Shown here: piece by piece, positions 54,689-64,000 of the stretch
Layout: each line of letters starts with the position of its first letter
How positions within the stretch are numbered: position 1 is the stretch's first letter
Assembly: GCA_951406725.2 (NCBI GenBank)
Contig: OX597835.1
Location: 11,594,001-11,658,000 of the forward strand
Origin: Octopus vulgaris
Taxonomy: Eukaryota
Direction of reading: 5' to 3'
Length of the DNA stretch: 64,000 nt
Notes under the pieces: model-generated
Database searches by the model: none
What the model saw: only the letters and a program-made list of their open reading frames with translations
Told to the model about the DNA's origin: nothing
Position numbers and translations under genes: made by a program

Positions 54689-54918
54689 GGCGGCGAGCTG
54701 GCAGAAACTTTAGCACGCCGGGCGAAATGAGTAGCCGTATTTCGTCTGCCGTTATATTCTGAGTTCAAATTCCGCCGAGGTCGACTTTGCCTTTCATCCT
54801 TTCGGGGTCGATAAATTAAGTACCAGTTACGCACTGGGGTCGATGTAATCGACTTAATCCGTTTGTCTGTCCATGTTTGTCCTCTCTGTGTTTAGCCCCT
54901 TGTGGGCAATAAAGAAAT
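54689..54918 (+). mobile_element. SINE-C, full length
   Basis: 14-bp TSD atatattctctgaa at 54675-54688 and 54919-54932. Confidence 0.92.
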
Positions 54919-55831
54919 ATATATTCTCTGAATGAAGTTTGCCCTTTTAACGTTAATCATATTTTAAAACTTCTTTGCTGTCGGTTAATATTCCGGTTGA
55001 GTGGTTCTCAGCTCTTATCACCAACTCTGCTGCTATTTTCTCCATTACTGTTCGTTTACTACTGCGATTTCCCCGTAATCTTGTTCATCTTGTTAGCATT
55101 AGGAAATAATTATATTACACTGCCGCTACTCATCTCGTCTTTTCACACCTTGTAATTTTTATTCATCATCATTTGCTTTACAACCATCAAAGCTAAATAT
55201 CTGTCGCTTCCATCTTTAAGAGGCTTTGCTCACAACGACTCGTTTCCGAAATCCATTTGAAGATTTGTCAACGTTTCCCAATTAAATTCTTTAATGAGTT
55301 TCTATCATATTTTTTAAACACATAATTGAACACCAGATATTAATTAATAATTTGCCGATGGTGAAATATATAAATCGGTTGATTTTTGTAGGTGAATTTG
55401 CTAATATTTGAATTTTTGGATGATAAACTGCCTATTCAAATAGCATAGGTTAAGCAAGGATGTTGTAGAAGATATTTGCCTAATGTACCGTTCTGTGGGA
55501 TTGAACCTCAAACCACGCAGATCCAAAGCTAACATCTACCACACAACTATGGGTGCACTATTATATCAGGCTGAGTAAAAAGTAAGCAACGTTTTGAAAC
55601 ATTAAATTCATCACAATAAATTTCAATATTCTGCTCAATACCACAGATTTGCTTATCAGTTGTTTAACATTAACCAGTTAAGCACGTCCCTTAGTGGCTG
55701 ACGATATGTGCATCTCTGATCACGAGCAGAAATAGTGGGGGAGCATCATAGCCATGTGTTGAGAGGGATTCTTTGGGGTTTGAATAATTCGCCTCTGGAA
55801 ACATGGGTGGTTCTTTCAACATCCTTAAACA

Positions 55832-56156
55832 AAGAAGTTAAGCAGTTGTTAAGGTCGATGAAAAAGGTGGTAGTAGTACCAATAATTGTCGGAGCCCTGG
55901 GAACAGCGAGCAAAAATTTCGAGAAGTACGTGGAACAAATAGGGGCTGCAATAAGTGTTCAGCACTTGCAGAAAACAGCACTGCTTGGAACCACTCGAAT
56001 ACTCTGGAAGGTACTCGAAAATAAGAGGTGTTACCTTAGTTCACTGGTAGTGAATAGCTGACACCGTAGTACATCCCCAGCGTTAGAAGTTGTGCAAGGG
56101 CAATGATGACGATGGTGATGATGATGATGATAATAATAATGATGATAAAAATTAAA

Positions 56157-56224
<68 letters not shown>

Positions 56225-56265
56225 TAATAACAATAATAATAATGATAATAACAATAATAATAATA
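55832..56265 (+). mobile_element. R4/Dong-like (RLE) non-LTR 3' fragment with (GAT/AAT)n tail
   Basis: EVKQLLRSMKKVVVVPIIVGALGTASKNFEKYVEQIGAAISVQHLQKTALLGTTRILWKVLE carries the R4-type VP.vvGALG..lQK.ALLGT.rILr motif. Confidence 0.85.
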
Positions 56266-56525
56266 GATTGGAAGTGTTATCATAACTGATTGGAAGTGTT
56301 ATCATAACTGATTGGAAGTGTTATCTTAACTGATTGGAAGTGTTATCATAACTGATTGGAAGTGTTATCATAACTGATTGGAAGTGTTATCTTAACTGAT
56401 TGGAAGTGTTATCATAACTGATTGGAAGTGTTATCTTAACTGATTGGAAGTGTTATCTTAACTGATTGGAAGTGTTATCTTAACTGATTGGAAGTGTTAT
56501 CTTAACTGATTGGAAGTGTTATCAT
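56266..56525. repeat. ~11.8 x 22-bp tandem repeat gattggaagtgttatc(a/t)taact
   Basis: Units every 22 bp from 56266 to 56508. Confidence 0.95.
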
Positions 56526-57012
56526 GTACATTGTTTTGTCTTGGTATAAAAGATGGGCTACAGCAAATATTCTGCTCAATACCACAGATTTGCTTGTCAG
56601 TTGTTTGACCATAACCAGTTGAGCATGTCCCTTAGTGGCTGACGATATGTGCATCTCTGATCACGAGCAGAAGTAGTGGGGGAGCATCATAGCCATGTGT
56701 TGAGAGGGATTCTTTGGGGTTTGAATAATTCACCTCTGGAAACATGGGTGGTTCTTTCAACATCCTTAAACAACCCTTATTCAGGGACCTTTTGAGCGGG
56801 ATGGGCTACTCAACCAGAAAAAAATTCTAACTGGGCCCCACCCGTAAGGTCATGTGCTGTTTATCTTGATATGAGATCACCATGTCGCGCACATATGGTT
56901 GTGATGCATGTGCCTGGTGTACCTTTATCAGACGGGTAGTCATGATGGGTATATTGGGCTTCGTATATTTTACCCCAGTGTCACTTTGATGGCATGCACT
57001 GCTCTCTCACTC

Positions 57013-57057
<45 letters not shown>
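56526..57057 (+). mobile_element. Retroposon 3' region with (AAT)n tail; partial second copy at 55625-55832
   Basis: aatattctgctcaataccacagatttgc...caacatccttaaacaa is duplicated; the element ends in (AAT)n. Confidence 0.65.
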
Positions 57058-57058
<1 letters not shown>

Positions 57059-57548
57059 TACAAAATACTCTCTATGTAATCCCAAGGTTTAAAACAAACA
57101 TTTTTGTTTATTTATTTTTGTTTATTTTTTATTTAAAATTTTTTTATTCTTTATCTTTTTATTTGTTTTTTAAATATATTTATTTATTTTTTTATTTTTA
57201 TGTATTAGACATTCACTAGTACAACACCAAAAAAAACCCCAAATATATGGCACAGAACTTCCAACCTGTTGTCTCTTGAGGTCTCTAGGTGAGACTTGGA
57301 GCCAACTTGTACAGACATAAAGAAAAAGTCAAACATAGAATAATAATAATAATAATAATAATGGTTTAAAATTTTACCACAATGGCAGCAACGTTAGAGG
57401 ACGGGATGAGTCGATTACATTGAATTTACCAAATAAAATTGACATTTGAAAAAATCGCATTTGTTTTGCGGTTCAGTGTATATTCACACCTATACACTCA
57501 GATAGACGCATACTTATATATTTGCATACATACACGCACACACACATG

Positions 57549-57622
<74 letters not shown>

Positions 57623-58165
57623 CATTCTTAACCATCAGACGAATGATAAGAGCTTGAGACACGCGATACTTAATTTCCCTACATGAAAGACTTAAATTTC
57701 TGGTTCTAGTTGTCTCTAAGACATCAGTGTCATTGGCAAATCTGAATTTAAAGTCAAATCAGATTCGCCAATAACGGTTTGCAGCCATTTGAAATTTGCT
57801 TCGAAAATTATTCATAATTGCAAGATAATATACAAATTGCAAATATCTTGAGAATGATTATTGAGGAACACTTGAGGCAAAGCGGATGCTGAGATGAAAC
57901 TTGAGATACTTCATAGAAAACTCTTTCATCATTACACTTCTCAGACGAAAAGAAAAAGACAACATATCACACGCATGCAAACACTACAAACGCATATATA
58001 CACAAGCACAAAAATCTCTCTCTCTCTTTGCGTATATATATATATATATATACGTAAATAGGTATCGATATATATAAATGCATTTATGTATATATATATA
58101 TCACGGTGATATATATATATATGTGTGTGTGTGTGCGTGTTTGTATGTATGTATGTATGTATGTA

Positions 58166-58217
<52 letters not shown>

Positions 58218-58428
58218 TATATACTACACTATACTATACTATGCATTACCGATCAAACATACACAATGTATGCGTTCTGTTTATTCGCCGAATTCGCTGC
58301 GAAGTAGCGTTTGAGGAGACTGCTTAATAACGTTCGTTGTTAAAACACGTGAGAGTCATAGGCCATGCGAGACCATCAAAAAATCAGGATAATGGATACA
58401 GATATTTCATTTACACTTGAATATCAAC

Positions 58429-58495
<67 letters not shown>

Positions 58496-58798
58496 TGGTA
58501 GTTATGGAATGAAATATGGCAACTTCAGCTTCAGGTCGAACCACTAAGGTCCCGATACGTCAACAAACCAACACCCGGTGCCAAACATTATGGATCGGGT
58601 AACAAACACAAAGACACGCACACATGTACATATATATCTATACGTCGGGTTTCCACACAGTTACCGTCTATTTACAAGGCATTGGGAGACCCAGGGCCAT
58701 AGTGGGAGACACTTACCCAAGTTGCTACGGAAAGGGGCTGCACCTAAAACCCTCACGGTTTTACGGTGAGTTTCTTAACCACACACCTGTGTCCAGAC

Positions 58799-59121
58799 CA
58801 GTGTTTCTCAACCTCTCTCATATCTGGGTCAGATACAAAATCTGGAATTTTCTAGAGGTCGCACCAAAAATTGAAAAACAGAGGTCAATTAAAGAAACAT
58901 TATATTCATGGAATAAAGAGAAATCGAACCCAATAATAAATTTTAAGCCTGGTAGTTATTCAATCGACCTCGTGTACCGAAACAATATATCATGAATGGG
59001 AGCGCAAACAAACCAGCACCGTTGTTAAGCGATGATGGGTGGCAAAAACAAAGGACCACACATGCCAGAAAGATGGTTGAAGGTTGCGTAATCCCCTGGG
59101 AGCCGCAATTGAGAAGTGCTG
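58799..59121. mobile_element. hAT (Charlie-like) MITE
   Basis: Ends cagtgtttctcaa and ttgagaagtgctg; 8-bp TSD gtccagac / gtctagaa resembles NTCTAGAN. Confidence 0.7.
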
Positions 59122-59363
59122 GTCTAGAATTACATAAACTTAATTATTTTTATTCTCTTACGTCTTCCGATCATTGGATTCCGACCATGCTGGGGCATAA
59201 CCCTGATGAGTTCAGTCGATCAAATCAACTCTAGTACTTAATTTAGATCTGGTTCGTATTCTGCCTATCGTTACGTATTTGCCGAACCGTTAAGTTATGG
59301 AGACATAAGCAATCCAATATTGGTTATCAAGCAGTGACAAGAAGAAAGACACCCTCACTCACT

Positions 59364-59421
<58 letters not shown>

Positions 59422-60478
59422 ACACAAACATACGCATAGGCACAGGCACACACATACTCTGCCATATATGCGCGCACACACACACATATGTACGAAGGGC
59501 TTACACACAGTTTCTGTTTACCAAATTCAATCTCCAGCAGCAGAACCATCAAAGACGATTTGAACTGCAGGAACAACAAAAAGAGCAGTAATAACAACAC
59601 GCCACTCTGATTCACAACAACAACACTAACAACACAAGCATCACAACTATCATGACAAATGCAGACTCATTTGTGAGTGTTGTAGGAAGAACTTACGCTT
59701 GGCAGCGAGTTTAGTAAAGAAAAGAAATTCTACATCATAAGAGCAAACTTGTTCGCTATACCACCAGAAGAAAAGGAAAAGATTAGGAACAAACTCTAAT
59801 TGATGGGTGCATGAATATAGTGTTCGAGAAAAGTCGATAATCCGGAAACTAATAAAAGCTGAGAAATTCTCAAAGAAGATGTAAATTTTGTTTGGTATGG
59901 ACATCTAAAGAAAAGATAAGGATTTGGGCGTAAGTTGTACACAATGCTTTAATGAAGAGAAAGCGAAAGAAATAGCCACAAATTCGTGCCACGCAGATGA
60001 GTTTTTCTTGATTCCACCATATTCAGGAAGACGTGGTCCAGGGGACAACTTCTTCGACAAAAGGGTGATGCTCTAGCATGGCCACCAAAAAATATATATT
60101 TTGCATATATATAATGACTGAAATAAGTAAAAGAATAAAAGAATGCCAGAAAAACGTTCTGTACCACTAAACCCAGAATGTTCTTTGAATATGTACGATG
60201 TATTCTGAGGTTAAATAGTAATTCCGTTTACGTTTGTGTAACTGAGATATTTTGGTTGGATTATATAGTCATCGGGGTTACATTACTTTCTATATTCTGT
60301 AACTGTCACAATATACTTCTCTAGGCCTGAATTTTTTGTGGGGAGGTGGCCAGTTTATTAGATCGACCACAGTACACAACTGGTACTTAATTTATTGTCC
60401 CCAAAGGAAGAAAGGCAAAGTCAACTTCGACAGTATTTGAACTCAGAACGTAAAGACAGACGGTCATAATATGTATAG

Positions 60479-60529
<51 letters not shown>

Positions 60530-62269
60530 CACACACACATTTTTGTGAGTGTTTATATATATATATACGTGTGTCTGCGTGCGAACGTGTGCGTATGTTT
60601 TAATGTGTATTTTACCAATGGCAATCTGAAGGGGACATTTGCAGATTATGAGATTACCCATTAGTGTGTGATAGTAAAAGGATTTGTCTTCGATGAGGAA
60701 TCGAATCCAGCTGGAACAATATCTCACCTCTACCCCCAGCCTCCTCTGCATATCAAATGTAGTTCAAAGTTGGCTGTTGATTTCAACTAATATATTTATC
60801 ATATTTAAGCAAAATCTACACAGAAATAATTATATCGTGACATCGCAAACTCTTAAAGAATTTCAAGACCAAACGAAAGTCATTTCATTTGGCGGAAGTA
60901 TCTAAGACTATCACGAACATCCGAGCCTCGGAACATTTTTAATTCCTATTTTCCACTTCACCTAAAATATAGAACTTCTCATGCTACCGATTTCCTTGTG
61001 ATAAATGATGTAACGTTCAGAGGTAAATGGTTTTTCCATTCAAAAGAGCATCTATTCTTTGTTAATAGAAATTAAATTACTGTACGCCACGAATAACGTT
61101 ACTGAAGATTTGCAAGACTGCATTGCTACTCTCGTAGAAATAATATACGACGTTGAAGTGAACCAAATGAAACAAGTCTTACTTACTAGGTGAAGGAACC
61201 CTTCCATCTTTTAACCACGAAGAGTCTACAACAGAGAAATTCTTCCCATGTCACTTGGAAAATTACAGCGTTCTGAATTTATGGTGAACGTATATCGATA
61301 ACTGATTATCTGGCTTCACTGCATTATCCAAGAATACAGGGAAATTCTTTGACTATCTACCAATTCTGCTATTCAATGCTATACATACAGATATGTGTGT
61401 GTGTGTAAGTGTGTGTGCGTGCGCACGCGTGTGTGTATGTAAGTATATATCAATATATATATGTATATGTATATATATATATGTAAATATAAGTATATAT
61501 GAATATATACATGTATATGTATGTATGAATATATACATATATCTGAATATGTATGTATATATAATATATCTGTATATGTACGTGTATACATATATATAGA
61601 TGTATGTATGTGTATGTATATATATATATATATGTATGTTTGTATGTATGTATATATGTATGTATGCATGTATGTATGTATGTATATATATATGTGTGTC
61701 TGTGTGTCATTGTTCAGCTTTATTTCAGGATTTCTTGCCAACAGAGAGAAAGAGCTGGTTTCCAACCTAGATCCAAGGCTCCTTCCCTGGAATTTCAATA
61801 TCAACAATAGAGTATTTTTGTATGCACGTATGTATATGTGGAGATTAGTATGTTTTTTGTTTTATATGTATATCTTCTCATGCTTACATAGACAAGCTCA
61901 GTTATACTTCAATTATATACTTCTGGTTTTCGGAAACAATTCAAACTTTGTACGAGTCCATAGCTCGTAGAATTCAAGCTGTAATTATTGGCAAAGGCGG
62001 TCCTAAAACATATTGAAATAACTTTTATTTGAAATTCTAAGGTGTTTCCATTATTTTGTCCAACCCCTGTATATAATTAAAAACTTTTGTAAAAATTAAT
62101 TGATGCAGTTATAATAATTACAGAAAGATATTTCAAAAAGTTATTAACTACTTAAAAAAATTATTTTTTCATTTAAAAGAAAGTCACTAGACCTTGTAGA
62201 AAAAAAAAGTTAGTATGAAGCGGATATCTCATGTGTAAGCACTTTCGTTTTTCAACTTTTTACACGCAT

Positions 62270-62347
<78 letters not shown>

Positions 62348-62524
62348 CACCAGACATATTAAGAAATATTGTCTGAGATGTTTTCATCGCATGAATCTAA
62401 TAATATCACACATAAAAAAACATATATATTGTGTATTTATTGAATAATATCTGTCACCAGATGGCGTAATTTTTGTTGATCTTATCCTCACAGAACATTA
62501 CACAAACACAAACGCGCACACACA

Positions 62525-62588
<64 letters not shown>

Positions 62589-62757
62589 GGTGCGGTATGT
62601 GTGTATGTTATACACACACGCACCTACACGCACACACACAAACATACACATACACGCACAGTTTATTGGTTGAAGACAAAGAGAATGTCTACATGGTTTT
62701 CTTTTTGCAGTATGTATTCTCTACCTGTCTGTCTATCTATCTATCCATCTATCTATT

Positions 62758-62835
<78 letters not shown>

Positions 62836-62850
62836 CATCTATCTATTTCT

Positions 62851-63538
62851 AGCCTCCTTCCTTCAAACGGGAAGGAAGAGCTATTTTCATCATCTTTGTG
62901 GCTATGACGAAAGAATGTATCTGGTGGACGCGTCTGAAAAGATTGGAGACAAACACTTTCCCTCTCTGGTCAACCTCTTCAAGTACCACTTGAAAGGGAA
63001 AGTGAGAGTAGAGAGGCAAGTTTTGTCTAGCGAATGTTTAAAAAAAGATGGGTGAATGTAGCAAGGATGGCACGTATGAATGACGAAGCCACCTTGAGCA
63101 TAGTCCTATGAACCCAGAAATTGAAAACAGAGGGTTACCCACTTGCAAACAAATGTGGTAACATATAACAATATTGACCAAGGTTACCGTGGTCTTTTTC
63201 ATAGGCTTTTCTTCCCACGGATAAACCTTACTTGCTCTCTCCTTTACACCATACATCATAACACTGTGATACACGATCCCTATTGATCGTTTTTTTCCTC
63301 TTCCCCTTTTTTTCCCCCTTTTCCTTCTTTTTTCATTTCTCTTTCCTTTTGTTCCTTTTCCTTTTCCTCTTTTTTTAATTTTTTATTTTTCTTATTTTTT
63401 TCCCCTTTTACGATCCCTTTTGATCGAAAACCTACGCCACATTTTTTTTATCTTTTGTTTTTTCATGCACCAAAAGAAAAGCTCTACCTTGTAATTTGTC
63501 CCATCTGTGTGCAGCCCTGTGTGGCCAATAAAGAAACT
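62851..63538 (+). mobile_element. Tx1-like LINE 3' fragment, second copy, in (TCTA)n
   Basis: ..AIFIIFVAMTKECIWWTRLK..; 3' UTR matches the 37053-37430 copy; (CTAT)n on both sides. Confidence 0.8.
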
Positions 63539-63561
63539 TATCTATCTATCTATCTATCTAC

Positions 63562-63626
<65 letters not shown>

Positions 63627-63650
63627 CATCTATCTATCCATCTATCTATT

Positions 63651-63728
<78 letters not shown>

Positions 63729-63729
63729 A

Positions 63730-63761
<32 letters not shown>

Positions 63762-63762
63762 C

Positions 63763-63899
<137 letters not shown>

Positions 63900-64000
63900 C
63901 CTATTTCTGTCTGTCTGTCTGGGTTCTGTATGTAATTTTGCTTGTACGTATAATTTCTAATGTAAGCTTATATCTTTTTTAACACCCTTCCCATGGCGCA

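Overview
This is AT-rich, repeat-saturated eukaryotic DNA, most likely intergenic or a large intron. The tRNA-derived SINE set and the extreme (TA)n/(CA)n/(TAGA)n/(TAA)n content fit a coleoid cephalopod such as Octopus; that assignment is an inference. I found no supportable host protein-coding gene, and nearly all ORFs in the track are microsatellite or SINE read-through. The window holds at least four SINE families (working names A-D, several copies with TSDs), 3' fragments of RTE, R4/Dong-like and Tx1-like non-LTR retrotransposons, decayed mariner and hAT elements, and four tandem arrays (142, ~162, 34 and 22 bp units). Most notable: (1) a discrete ~208-bp (TA)n-anchored element in 4 copies carrying a minimal type I hammerhead ribozyme core, plus other (TA)n-embedded hammerhead-like remnants, resembling non-autonomous Penelope-like elements or retrozymes; (2) asymmetric fold-back insertions inside (TA)n; (3) tandem reiteration of exactly the 5'-truncated end of two LINE insertions; (4) apparent partitioning of retroelement families among different microsatellite targets.
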